64,000 nucleotides of DNA from Macrostomum lignano (GCA_002269645.1 NIVC01000068.1:372001-436000); one strand, 5' to 3'. Positions 11,924 through 24,112 are shown, counted from the stretch's first letter. Notes: generated from the sequence alone by a model not told the origin. Translations and numbers: made by a program.

Positions 11924-12022
11924 AATCCGTTTCCGCTCTTTTTTTAATGAACTAACTATGCATGACTCTGTGCAAGAACTCGCTCATGCCAAACTGTGTT
12001 TTAAGTTGACTCGATCAGTTAA

Positions 12023-12845
12023 CAGTAGGAATACCAAGCCGTTTTTCCGCCCGTCGAACTACCAAGAGGGGTGAGGTCCCCCCTGGCAACTTTTTTTGCT
12101 GCGCCGTATCAAAGCACCTTCTCAAACAAGAGTCAAGTCGCCGGCCCCCCAGACCGTCGAGATGTTCGACGATTCTGCCAGAGGTTCGGACTTTTTCCCA
12201 TAAGCGCCAGTGTATTCAGTGCACCCCTGTGCGCCGATTAGCACTGCGCCTCATTGCAGCCTTGCCAAGCCTCCAAATTTCACCAGCACGTCGACCACAT
12301 GTGTCTGCATCAGCTCTGACTTTGTTGGTCGCTTGCCTTTGCCCAGGCGGAGCTTCTGGACCTTCAACAGGTGGCACCAGGTGGCTAGCTGAGGATGTCC
12401 AGCAGTTGATTTTTGCCCACTGTCGAGGCTTGATCGGCGAAACTAGAGAAATCCGCATCAGGGTGTCACCTGCTGCCACCTGTTGAGGGTCCAGAGGCTC
12501 CGCCGGGGTGGAGGCCAGTGACCAACGAAGTCAGAGCTGATGCAGACACACGTGGTCGACGTGCTGGTGAAATTTGGAGGCTTGGCAAGGCTGCACCGAG
12601 GCGCAGTGCTAATTGGCGCACAGGGGTGCGCTGAATACACTGGCGCTTATGGAAAAAATCCGACCTTCTGGCAGAATCGTCGAGTGTCTCGACGGTCTGA
12701 GGGGCTGGCGACTTGATTCTTGTTTGAGAAGGTGCGCAACAAAAAGTTAGCCCGTGTTCTTGAATTTCGTGTGCCTGCGTTGCTTCTTTCTGGCGTAGCA
12801 AAAACATTGTCAGGGGGGAGTTCCCCCCTCTTGGTAGTTCTACTG
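12023..12845. mobile_element. Foldback (long palindromic) non-autonomous DNA element, TTAA-flanked
   Basis: Termini CAGTAG...CTACTG flanked by TTAA (12019-12022, 12846-12849); inner arms ~12113-12385 and ~12475-12737 are near-identical reverse complements around a ~90-bp spacer. Confidence 0.75.
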
Positions 12846-13171
12846 TTAACTAGCTGACATTTTACGTGTGCAAATTGAGGCTTGTGTGCACGAAAATTAG
12901 CCAATGGGGTTGTCGTGCGGTTTACAGCCATTAGAGCCAGCCCCATGCAGGGCCTCTCTACACCCTGTGTGAGCGTGTTCGTGCCTAAGGTTGGAAGTCG
13001 CGTTTAGTCTGGTTGCGTGGACCCCAACGTTTTCAGCTACTTCTCTTAACATTGATAACAAATTAACGAGGCTTTTTCTATTGTTAAAAAATTAATTTGG
13101 ACACTGAACTCTTTTTGTCACCGTTGACAGAAGAATGTAATGATGCTTCATCCCGGACACTCTGAAAACGG

Positions 13172-13330
13172 AATTAACTGTGCCTTGTGGGTTGGCCCTC
13201 AACCTGAGCGTTAATTGCACGAGCAAAGCCAAGCCGAGATTACAATTCAGCCCCAAATTAATGTGACTGCACTGGGAATCGAGCCTGGGCCTCTAGCACA
13301 TCAAATCGCCGTGCTAGACCACTAGGTTAA
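13172..13330 (-). mobile_element. tRNA-derived SINE-like copy (head plus core)
   Basis: Minus strand reads CCTAGTGGTCTAGC (A-box-like)...GGCTCGATTCCC (B-box-like), then AATCTCGGCTTGGCT and the core TGAGGGCCAACCCACAAGGCACAG shared with copies at 17367, 25410 and 30695. Confidence 0.6.
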
Positions 13331-13793
13331 TAGTAAAGTTATTAATTTATAGATTTTTTGAGTTATATCAGTTATATATCTGTCGGTATGACACTTCAAG
13401 CATAAGGAGATTTATTAATATTTTTCCAGGTGTAATGTTTCTCTAACCTTTTTCTTCGTTTAGTATGCCATTTACTGTGTCTCTGTTTTGTGTACAGTTA
13501 CCGAAGTAGCGTATTCAGTGTCTTGTCTTGTCGCATATTGTGAAGATTCTCATTTGCTTTACAATAAAGGTAAAATATATTCAGATTAATTGGCCAATTT
13601 CAATGCATTATTAAAGCTTTGTTTTGCCTTAATATCTTGATTCGAGAACCGGGGATCATTCTTTTCTGTCAGGTGGCCTAAATAATAGATTTAGGTTACC
13701 TACTTATTATGTATGCTTAATACTCAGGTAAGATTCTGACTGCTTTTTGTATACTAAACAGTTCTCAGTCTAAATCGAATTTAGTGTATTAGA

Positions 13794-14149
13794 CTAGCAA
13801 TTAGCGCCTCCCCCCATTGGGGAGGCAACAAAGGAAAGGAATAATTTTTGCATAAACTACATGTAGGTTTTGACCTTTGTATACTGTCAAAGGGAAGTGA
13901 TTTTTAAAGCAAAAAAGCGTCCGCCCTAAGATCTTCTATGAGCTTTAGCTCACAGCACCCGAGGAACCCCATAAGAGCCACAAGATTTCAGCAAGTCCCC
14001 CAAAAGCCACTTTTCACAAGTTCCTCCCAAGAGCCACAGCATTTCAAGAATTCCCTTCAAGAGCCACAAAACTTCAGCAATCCCCTGGTTAGCCTTGACA
14101 TCTCAGCAATTTTCTAAATGAGCCTTGAAGTCATAGCTTCAACTATAGA
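13794..14149 (-). mobile_element. Candidate non-autonomous Helitron carrying degenerate minisatellite units
   Basis: Minus strand: A|TCTATAG start (14149), degenerate repeats, 8-bp GC hairpin GCCTCCCC/GGGGAGGC (13806-13826), 8 nt, then CTAG|T end (13794). The 5' end is less certain. Confidence 0.45.
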
Positions 14150-14217
14150 TTTAGGTTGCCCACTAATTAGATACCCAATTATTGTTAGATTCGCTTAGGA
14201 TCCTCACTGATGACTAG

Positions 14218-14787
14218 ATGGCCTGGGCAAAAGTTACATTTAGTTTACAATCTGATCGCATTTCATGCCAGAGCCAAATGCTCCAAATGCCAACAGAGTC
14301 AAGCGCTGAAACTATCAGTGCAAAAAAGCGCAAACGCAACGAACAGACAGCCGCCGTTCCTGCCGGTTTTATTATCGACACTCTGCCGTCGGAATCGTTG
14401 GCTCGTCGTCTCGAGCTTCCAGATCAGGCCGACTTGTCAGTCCCTTCAGACGACGAGCGCGACGAAGCCGATAGCGACGCTTCTTCGTCTGATTCTTCCA
14501 CAAAGGAGCGGAAGCCGGGCAAGAAAAGATACGGCAAAGCTTTAGCCGAAGAGGTTTGGCACGATGAGGACGATGATGTTGACATCGAATCGGCGAGTTC
14601 TAGCAATGTGCACAAGCTTCAGCGGCGGCAACGGCAGAGGCGAATGGAGTTCCTGGCCGCTTACGGCCCGACGCCTCACTATTTGTATGTCGATCGAAAA
14701 TTGGCCACCGTGTCGAAGGATAAGGACGAGAAGGATAAGGATCGTGACGAGGAAAATGAGGATGATGACGAAGCTCGAGCTGTTCAG
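14218..14787 (+). CDS. UTP18: UTP18 (U3 snoRNP WD40 protein) exon 1
   Basis: Acidic N-terminus with VWHDEDDD (UTP18 W.DEDD motif); donor CAG|GTTGGT; the true start may be a later Met. Confidence 0.8.
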
Positions 14788-14819
14788 GTTGGTGGGAGAT
14801 TCTGTAATCTTTACTGGTC

Positions 14820-16010
14820 TGTGGGAAGAATCTTTAGAGGGTTTATCTGTGGGAAGAATCCTCTGTGGGAATAATCCTCTGTGGGATTATCTGTGGTAAG
14901 AATCCTCTGTGGGAATAATGCTCAGTGGGATTATCTCTGGGAAGAATCCTCAGTGGGATTATCTCTGGGAAGAATTCGTAGAGGGATTATCTCTGGGAAG
15001 AATCCTCAGTGGGATTATCTCTGGGAAGAATCCTCAGTGGGATTATCTCTGGAAAGAATCCTCAGTGGGATTATCTCTGGGAAGAATCCTCAGTGGGATT
15101 ATCTCTGGGAAGAATCCTCAGTGAGATTATCTCTGGGAAGAATCCTCAGTGAGATTATCTGTGAGAAGAATCCTCTGTGGGAATAATCCTCTTGTGGGAT
15201 TATCTGTGGGAAGAATCCTCTGTGGGAATAATCCTCTGTGGGATTATCTGTGGTAAGAATCCTCTGTGGGAATAATGCTCAGTGGGATTATCTCTGGGAA
15301 GAATCCTCAGTGGGATTATCTCTGGAAAGAATCCTCAGTGGGATTATCTCTGGGAAGAATCCTCAGTGGGATTATCTCTGGGAAGAATCCTCAGTGAGAT
15401 TATCTCTGGGAAGAATCCTCAGTGAGATTATCTGTGAGAAGAATCCTCTGTGGGAATAATCCTCTTGTGGGATTATCTGTGGGAAGAATCCTCTGTGGGA
15501 ATAATCCTCTGTGGGATTATCTGTGGTAAGAATCCTCTGTGGGAATAATGCTCAGTGGGATTATCTGTGGGAAGAATCCTCTGTGGGAATAATGCTCAGT
15601 GGGATTATCTCTGGGAAGAATTCGTAGAGGGATTATCTCTGGGAAGAATCCTTAGTGGGATTATCTCTGGGAAGAATCCTTAGTGGGATTATCTCTGGAA
15701 AGAATCCTCAGTGGGATTATCTCTGGGAAGAATCCTCAGTGGGATTATCTCTGGGAAGAATCCTCAGTGAGATTATCTCTGGGAAGAATCCTCAGTGAGA
15801 TTATCTCTGGGAAGAATCCTCAGTGGGATTATCTCTGGGAAGAATCCTCAGTGGGATTATCTCTGGGAAGAATCCTCAGTGGGATTATCTCTGGGAAGAA
15901 TCCTCAGTGGGATTATCTCTGGGAAGAATCCTCAGTGAGATTATCTCTGGGAAGAATCCTCAGTGGGATTATCTCTGGGAAGAATTCGTAGAGGGATTAT
16001 CTATTCTCCA
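14820..16010. repeat. 28-bp minisatellite GGGATTATCTCTGGGAAGAATCCTCAGT (UTP18 intron 1)
   Basis: About 40 tandem copies fill almost the whole intron. Confidence 0.95.
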
Positions 16011-16032
16011 ACCAAAAAATTATTACTCCAAG

Positions 16033-16209
16033 GTTCTGGCTAACCGACGAGACGGCGGCGACCTGCCGACGCGCCGACTGGACTACGAGCGCCTGACCGA
16101 CGCCAACAAGGAGTCGCCATCGCATCGGCGATTAACATCGGTGCAATTTAATCCGAAAGCACGCGTCCTCCTGACCGCCAGCACCGACCAGAGATTTGCA
16201 CTGTTTCAG
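16033..16209 (+). CDS. UTP18: UTP18 exon 2
   Basis: AG|GTTCTG...CAG|GTTTGT, phase 0/0; DANKESPSHRRLTSVQFNPKARVLLTASTDQRFALFQ matches the UTP18 first WD repeat. Confidence 0.93.
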
Positions 16210-16351
16210 GTTTGTACTTGCTTGTTGTGCCTCTGGACTACTTATTGCATACTTATTGTGGGGCAACAACTCTTGAGCACATCCATGAGCGCGCCAATAC
16301 TTTATACTCAGGCACGCACTCATACGCATGCTCACACAGGGTGTGAGCAGG

Positions 16352-17250
16352 GAATTGCTGAGATGTCAAGGCTTACAGCTGGGGTGAATTGCTGAGATGT
16401 CAAGGCTTACAACTGGGGTGAATTGCTGAGATGTCAAGGCTTACAACTGGGTGAATTGCTGAGATGTCAAGGCTTACAACTGGGTGAATTGCCTGAGATG
16501 TCAAGGCTTACAACTGGGGTGAATTGCTGAGATGTCAAGGCTTACAACTGGGGTGAATTGCTGAGATGTCAAGGCTTACAACTGGGGTGAATTGCTGAGA
16601 TGTCAAGGCTTACAGGGGGAATTGCTGAGATGTCAAGGCTTAGTGGGGGAATTGCTGATATGTCAAGGCTTACAACTGGGTGAATTGCCTGAGATGTCAA
16701 GGCTTACAACTGGGGTGAATTGCTGAGATGTCAAGGCTTACAACTGGGGTGAATTGCTGAGATGTCAAGGCTTACAACTGGGGTGAATTGCTGAGATGTC
16801 AAGGCTTACAACTGGGGTGAATTGCTGAGATGTCAAGGCTTACAACTGGGTGAATTGCTGAGATGTCAAGGCTTACAACTGGGTGAATTGCCTGAGATGT
16901 CAAGGCTTACAACTGGGGTGAATTGCTGAGATGTCAAGGCTTACAACTGGGGTGAATTGCTGAGATGTCAAGGCTTACAACTGGGGTGAATTGCTGAGAT
17001 GTCAAGGCTTACAACTGGGGTGAATTGCTGAGATGTCAAGGCTTAGTGGGGGAATTGCTGATATGTCAAGGCTTAGTGGGGAAATTTCTTAGACTTCAAG
17101 GCTTACAGGGGGAATTGCTGAGATGTCAAGGCTTAGTGGGGAAATTTCTTAGACTTCAAGGCTTACAGGGGGTATTGCTGAGATGTCAAGGCTTAGTGGG
17201 GAAATTTCTTAGACTTCAAGGCTTAGCTGGGGGAATTACTGAGATATCAA
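16352..17250. repeat. 33-34-bp minisatellite GAATTGCTGAGATGTCAAGGCTTACAACTGGGGT (UTP18 intron 2), with a 30-bp variant at the 3' end
   Basis: Direct tandem copies. Confidence 0.95.
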
Positions 17251-17339
17251 GGCTGACTGGAAGTATGGTTCTATTCTTTAATATTTTAGCAATATTTTCA
17301 TTTTCTTTTTTGCACTCCCTGAACGGGCTGGATTGCTAG

Positions 17340-17480
17340 ACTTTCTAATCGTCTAGCGTGTACACTCTGCCTTTTTGGGGTTGGCCCTCAATGGCTGCGA
17401 ATCGCACGACAGCCCACCTTGACAAGCCCCAAATGCAGGTGGCCGCGCACTAAATCGAATCAGTGGTCGTGACGCAAGAT
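17340..17480 (-). mobile_element. SINE-like family copy, 5' part
   Basis: Minus strand GATTCGATTT (B-box-like)...GCAGCCATTGAGGGCCAACCCC...GACGATTAGAAAG aligns with the 25372 and 30685 copies. Confidence 0.5.
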
Positions 17481-17702
17481 TAAATACGTTTGCCCAAACC
17501 GGTACTAACTAAGTAGTAGCATTAGCTTTGTTGCAAATGCCTATATTTCCGCCGAATATCATCTGCAGACTTAGAATATGGTTTCTAATTTTAATTTTAA
17601 TCTGTCGCACCTGCTGTCTAGTATTTTATGTCGCTTCTCAGTCTTAGTTTACACAGCTGCGAGTTGCCGCAAAACTAATTATTAATAATACTCTCCGGCC
17701 AG

Positions 17703-17880
17703 GTGGACCCGGACAGGCCCGTGTTTGACCGTCTGCACTCGCATCACATGCCGGGATTCCCCGTGCACTGCGCTCGGTTCTCGCCTGATGGCAATCACAT
17801 TGTGCTAGCTAGCGTGCATCGCAGCTTCCGCTTGTTCGACATCACGACTGAACGGCTTGTGCACGTGCCCAGGCTGCTGG
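17703..17880 (+). CDS. UTP18: UTP18 exon 3
   Basis: CAG|GTGGAC...CTGG|GTGAGT; GFPVHCARFSPDGNHIVLAS WD repeat. Confidence 0.93.
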
Positions 17881-17904
17881 GTGAGTATGATTATGGGTCT
17901 CTTT

Positions 17905-18285
17905 AGTCTGGGTTGGGCCACTGCCAGCTTCACAGATCCTCAGTTTCTGGGCCAGCCTCCAAGAGTGTCAGTTGCTAGGCCAGCTTCACAGATCCTCAGT
18001 TTCTGGGCCAGCCTCCAAGAGTGTCAGTTGCTGGGCCAGCTTCACAGATCCTCAGTTTCTGGGCCAGACTCTAAGATCCTCAGTTGTTGGGCCAGACTCT
18101 AAGATCCTCAGTTGTTGGGCCAGCCTCTCAGATACTCAGTTGTTGGGCCAGCCTCTCAGATACTCAGTTGTTGGGCCAGCCTCTCAGATACTCAGTTGTT
18201 GGGCCAGCCTCTCAGATCCTCAGTTGTTGGGCCAGCCTCTCAGATCCTCAGTTGTTGGGCCGGACTCTAAGATCCTCAGTTGCTA
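17905..18285. repeat. 28-bp minisatellite GGGCCAGCCTCTCAGATCCTCAGTTGTT (UTP18 intron 3)
   Basis: Tandem copies begin about 25 bp after the donor. Confidence 0.9.
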
Positions 18286-18605
18286 AAGTCCAAGCACTAA
18301 AGTATAGTTAGTAGATTCCAGTCATTCCTAAATAATTTTTTAGAGGCTGTAAATAATTGTCGGTCAACATTTTATTGTATACAAAGGTTACAGCTTCATT
18401 TTAATCATTAAATCCCCCCGTCGCTAGTGAACTGTTATGCATGCTCCTTGCCAGTCAGGCACGCCAATCACGCTGTCCTGCCTCATATTTATCTTACTAT
18501 AAACTGGCGTTAGTGTTATAATCTGGAACTTTTGTTCAGTAGCTGGCCTGCCTAGCTGTGTGTCTTGACTTCCGGATCTTTCTTTTTCTTTCTTTCTGTG
18601 AGTTT

Positions 18606-18960
18606 TTAAGGAAATTGCTTCGGTCTGTACGGTTTTTCTTCATTGGTTGCTAAACAGCTTCCCCATGCAGCCATTGCATGGAAGAATGCGGGCATGCAGT
18701 CGTAGGCTCTCACGTTGCATTCCGTAGACAATTGGTACAATAGAAGACTGCTTTTCTTTTGTAATGGATCTATACTTTCACCTAGGTACAATAGATTAAA
18801 TTATCCTAAGTTTATTGTCTATTCATTCCCTCCTTCCTTAGTAAGTGTTGGAATTCCATTGTCGATTGATCTCGAGATAAGAAATCAAATCATCTACATA
18901 ATATGTATGCAAAACCGCAGTTTAGTCTATTAGCCAAGTCAATTAGTCATTGTATTAAAA
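18606..18960 (-). pseudogene. Heavily decayed LINE (CR1/L2-like) reverse transcriptase fragment
   Basis: Minus strand gives FLI..IDLANRLNC, a frameshifted YVDDLI and a downstream YLG, in the order of RT motifs B, C and E. Confidence 0.4.
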
Positions 18961-19689
18961 ATCTAGTGCTCTTTTTTATTACTATCATCGTGTAATTACT
19001 CTGTGCCCTGAGTTTACTTTAGTTTCACGATTAAATTATCCATTGATTTCTTATCTTCTCTTATCTCTCTAATCTCGCAATAGTTATCGTAAATTGCCTG
19101 TTTAAATCTGACACAATAAGTGCACTGGGGTTCTTATCTTATCTCTAAGTTCCGAGCCGAATAAGGTGTCATTCCTGCACGCCATTCATGCTGAGTGTAC
19201 ATTAGGAAGACTGTGACTTAAGCAAGGTTTTACAGAATCACAGTTGTTAGCCCATCTCTGTTAGACATTGCTGTCCACGTCAAAACCATAGCGGCTCATT
19301 ATTGACATTTTTTCAGTACGTGCATTCCATTTATCTTCAGAGAAATGCGGGGCGGTAAATGGCCGACATTCTTCGCCTCAGTTTTGCATATTTATCGGGT
19401 TATTCGGGGCTTAAGTACAGCAGCTTAGGTATTGCTGTGGCCTAATGGGAAATTCTTGAATCCATCACTCTTAGCGTTCCCAACTTTCGACTGTTTATAA
19501 TGCGGCTTAGATTACTAATGCCTTGCTGTCGAGTGCAGAATCATTAAGTTGGTACTATTCTACACTTTTTGGAATTATAAGATCTAAGGAATTTAAATTC
19601 TGTTCTTTTTAGTGGCAGAACATACATGTACATGTAGATATGCGATTCAGTTGTGTGTGTGTGTGTGTGTGTGTGTGTGAGTGTGTGTG

Positions 19690-21180
19690 TCTTAGATATG
19701 GTATTGTATTGGTGTGGGGTCTTGGATATGGGATTCAGTTGGTTTGGGGTCTTAGATATGAGATTCTACTAGTTTGGGGTCTTGGATATGAGATTCTACT
19801 AGTGCGAGGTCTTAGATTATATAAAATTTTATTTGTATAGGGTCTTGTTAGGTATGAGATTAAGTTGGTGTGGAGTCTTAGATATGGGATTCATTTTGTT
19901 TGGGGTCTTAGAAATGGGATTCAGTTGTGTGGAGTCTTAGATATTGGATTCATTTTGTTTGGGGTCTTAGATATGGGATTCAGTTGGTGTGGGGTCTTAG
20001 ATATGGGATTTAGCTGGTATGGGGTCTTAGATATGGGATTCAGTTGTGTGGAGTCTTAGATATGGGATTCAGTTGGTGTGGGTCTTAGATATAGAATTTT
20101 ATTAGTATAGGGTCTTGTTAGGTATGAGATTAAGTTGGTGTGGAGTCTTAGATATGGGATTCAGTTGGTGTGGGGTCTTAGATATGGGATTCAGTTGGTG
20201 TGGGGTCTTAGATATGGGATTTAGCTGGTATGGGGTCTTAGATATGGGATTCAGTTGTGTGGAGTCTTAGATATGGGATTCAGTTGGTGTGGGGTCTTAG
20301 ATATGGGATTCAGTTGTGTGGAGTCTTAGATATGGGATTTAGCTGGTATGGGGTCTTAGATATGGGATTCAGTTGTGTGGAGTCTTAGATATGGGATTCA
20401 GTTGGTTTGGGGTCTTAGATATGAGATTCTACTAGTTTGGGGTCTTGGATATGAGATTCTACTAGTGCGAGGTCTTAGATTATATAAAATTTTATTTGTA
20501 TAGGGTCTTGTTAGGTATGAGATTAAATTGGTGTGGAGTCTTAGATATGAGATTAAATTGGTGTGGGGTCTTAGATATGGGATTTAGCTGGTATGGGGTC
20601 TTAGATATGGGATTTAGCTGGTATGGGGTCTTAGATATGGGATTCAGTTGTGTGGAGTCTTAGATATGGGATTCAGTTGGTTTGGGGTCTTAGATATGAG
20701 ATTCTACTAGTTTGGGGTCTTGGATATGAGATTCTACTAGTGCGAGGTCTTAGATTATATAAAATTTTATTTGTATAGGGTCTTGTTAGGTATGAGATTA
20801 AATTGGTGTGGAGTCTTAGATATGAGATTAAATTGGTGTGGGGTCTTAGATATGGGATTTAGCTGGTATGGGGTCTTAGATATGGGATTCAGTTGGTGTG
20901 GGGTCTTAGATATGGGATTCAGTTGGTGTGGGGTCTTAGATATGGGATTCAGTTGGTGTGGGGTCTTAGATATGGGATTCAGTTGGTGTGGGGTCTTAGA
21001 TATGGGATTCAGTTGGTGTGGGGTCTTAGATATGGGATTCAGTTGGTATGGGGTCTTAGATATGGGATTTAGCTGGTATGGGGTCTTAGATATGGGATTC
21101 AGTTGGTGTGGGGTCTTAGATATGGGATTCAGTTGGTGTGGGGTCTTAGATATGGGATTCAGTTGGTGTGGGATCTTAGG
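19690..21180. repeat. 30-bp minisatellite GGGGTCTTAGATATGGGATTCAGTTGGTGT (UTP18 intron 3)
   Basis: About 48 tandem units, with a recurring variant block (GAGATTCTACTAG...AAAATTTTATTTGTATAGG). Confidence 0.95.
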
Positions 21181-21498
21181 TGTCTGGGGTCCAAAGTCAA
21201 GGGATGCCAAAACTAAAGTTGATGTTGCATGACGCACTCAGTGGGATTGTTTGATATTGGACTTGAAGTCTTACAACTACAAGTATATATGGGATTTTGT
21301 TGACGCAATGTTTTGAATAAAGGATTCTGTGGCTGTATTCTTCATCCTCGGTTTGGCGGTAGTTTTGATCAATGCTGCGTGAGCTCTATGCGTTACTCGT
21401 GCATGCATAGATTGAGAACGCCGAGAAGCCTCATGTCGTATCATTCGTGTTGAAAGCTTTTTTAAGCTAATGTTTAACCCTTTCAACTCTTTCCACAG

Positions 21499-21602
21499 GC
21501 GTTGAGCGAAATTGCAAATTATCGGACTTCGAGATTTCGCCGGATCAAAAGCTGATCGCTTTTATTGGCAAATATGGCGAAGTCTACCTGGTTGACTTCA
21601 AG
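21499..21602 (+). CDS. UTP18: UTP18 exon 4
   Basis: CACAG|GC...AAG|GTAACT; phase fits exon 3; DFEISPDQKLIAFIGKYGEVYLVDFK. Confidence 0.92.
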
Positions 21603-21774
21603 GTAACTCTGTTCCAATTAGGTCCTATAAGCTTGTTATTTTCTATTTACGCTGGGCAAAATGCTCCGAAAGACAGTCATTAGCTTGACTTTTTTCGAAG
21701 ATCAAAAAGATCCCCTCCTTTACGGTGTTCTTTAATTTATTACTAAACTGAAAACATGCTTTTATATTAGTCCT

Positions 21775-23420
21775 TCCCATCCCTAAGCTTCGCCTGATTC
21801 CCAACGCACTCATTATCCGCCCACTCGTTATCCACCCACTCACTCACTCATTATCCGCCCACTCACTCACTCATTATCCACCCACTCACTCACTCATTAT
21901 CCACCCACTCACCCACTCATTATCCACCTACTCACTCACTCATTATCCGCCCACTCGTTATCCACCCACTCACTCACTCATTATCCACCCACTCACTCAC
22001 TCATTATCCGCCCACTCGTTATCCACCCACTCACTCACTCATTATCCACCCACTCACTCGCTCATTATCCGCCCACTCACTCACTCATTATCCGCCCACT
22101 CACTCACTCATTATCCGCCCACTCACTCACTCATTATCCACCCACTCACTCACTCATTATCCACCCACTCACTCACTCATTATCCACCCACTCACTCACT
22201 CATTATCCACCCACTCACTCACTCATTATCCGCCCACTCACTCACTCATTATCCGCCCACTCACTCACTCATTATCGGCCCACTCACTCACTCATTATCC
22301 ACCCACTCACTCACTCATTATCCGCCCACCCACTCACTCATTATCCGCCCACTCACTCACTCATTATCCACCCACTTACTCACTCATTATCCACCCACTC
22401 ACTCACTCACTCATTATCCGCCCACTCACTCACTCATTATCCGCCCACTCACTCACTCATTATCCGCCCACTCACTCACTCATTATCCGCCCACTCGTTA
22501 TCCACCCACTCACTCACTCATTATCCACCCACTCACTCACTCATTATCCACCCACTCACTCACTCATTATCCGCCCACTCACTCACTCATTATCCGCCCA
22601 CTCGTTATCCACCCACTCACTCACTCATTATCCGCCCACTCACTCACTCATTATCCGCCCACTCACTCACTCATCCGCCCACTCGTTATCCACCCACTCA
22701 CTCACTCATTATCCACCCACCCACTCACTCATTATCCGCCCACTCACTCACTCATTATCCGCCCACTCACTCACTCATTATCCACCCACTCACTCACTCA
22801 TTATCCGCCCACTCACTCACTCACTCATTATCCGCCCACCCGATCCCTCATCCGCCCACTCACTCACTCATTATCCGCCCACTCACTCACTCATTATCGG
22901 CCCACTCACTCACTCATTATCCACCCACTCACTCACTCATTATCCGCCCACCCACTCACTCATTATCCGCCCACTCACTCACTCATTATCCACCCACTTA
23001 CTCACTCATTATCCACCCACTCACTCACTCATTATCCGCCCACTCACTCACTCATTATCGGCCCACTCACTCACTCATTATCCACCCACTCACTCACTCA
23101 TTATCCGCCCACCCACTCACTCATTATCCGCCCACTCACTCACTCATTATCCGCCCACTCACTCACTCATTATCCGCCCACTCACTCACTCATTATCCAC
23201 CCACTCACTCACTCATTATCCACCCACTCACTCACTCATTATCCGCCCACTCACTCACTCATTATCGGCCCACTCACTCACTCATTATCCACCCACTCAC
23301 TCACTCATTATCCACCCACTCACTCACTCATTATCCGCCCACCCACTCACTCATTATCCGCCCACTCACTCACTCATTATCCGCCCACCCACTCCCTCAT
23401 TATCCGCCCACTCACTCACT
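21775..23420. repeat. 23-bp minisatellite CCGCCCACTCACTCACTCATTAT (UTP18 intron 4)
   Basis: About 70 tandem copies. Confidence 0.95.
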
Positions 23421-23513
23421 CATTATCCACCCACGCACTCATTCTCCCCCTTATTCCGAAACAACTCTCAATTTTTTTTAACTTACAAGCAATCAATCCC
23501 CATTTCCTCGCAG

Positions 23514-24092
23514 ACGCGCAATCGAGTCTGCACCCTTCGCAGCGCCAGTTCGAGTCTACAATCGCTAGCATTCGGCGTCGATGGCGACTGCCTCCTAGCC
23601 GGCGGCTCAGACGGTCAGGTGTCAGTTTTCTCTCTGACCAATAGGAAACTTCGCGGCACATTTGTTGACGAAGGCAGCACGGGATTGTCTAGTTTAGCTG
23701 CGTCCAGTCGCTACATTGCCTGCGGCAGCACCTGCGGCATTGTTAATCTGTACGGCTGGGAGGTTGCTGATCTGGCCTCGGCGACAACTGGTCGGCCGTT
23801 GGAGACCAAACCGATTCGGACTGCCACTAATCTCACTACCGAGTGCAGCTGTCTGCGGTTCCATCCCAGCCAGGAGCTCCTGCTGATGGCCTCGAGGCAG
23901 GAGCCGCAGGCTGTCCGCCTCTGGCACCTTGGCGACGGTCGGGTTATGCAGAATTTCCCGCCGCCAACTATTCGGCACTATTTGGCCGCCGTGCACTCGG
24001 CCGATTTCTCGCCTGGCGGCGGTTTTCTGTGCCTCGGACAGCACACTGGCCGGGCGGCCATGTTCCGCTTGTCGCATTATAGCGGCTATTGA
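23514..24092 (+). CDS. UTP18: UTP18 exon 5 (terminal)
   Basis: GCAG|ACG; FVDEGS, YIACGSTCGIVNLY, KPIRTATNLTT, FSPGGGFLCLG and RLSHYSGY* match the UTP18 C-terminus. The five exons total 1608 nt (535 aa plus stop). Confidence 0.95.
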   Translation, partial: TRNRVCTLRSASSSLQSLAFGVDGDCLLAGGSDGQVSVFSLTNRKLRGTFVDEGSTGLSSLAASSRYIACGSTCGIVNLYGWEVADLASATTGRPLETKPIRTATNLTTECSCLRFHPSQELLLMASRQEPQAVRLWHLGDGRVMQNFPPPTIRHYLAAVHSADFSPGGGFLCLGQHTGRAAMFRLSHYSGY

Positions 24093-24112
24093 GCTGCTGA
24101 TTGATTCGCGCT

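Noticed and set aside
12389-12443. CTGAGGA...CGAAAC hammerhead-like core in the foldback spacer
   Set aside because: No convincing stem II, and no correctly placed NUH cleavage triplet pairing with stem III.
13264-13330. Functional tRNA gene
   Set aside because: Degenerate B box and no closed acceptor stem or clear anticodon arm; it continues into repeat-family sequence, so it is treated as a SINE head.
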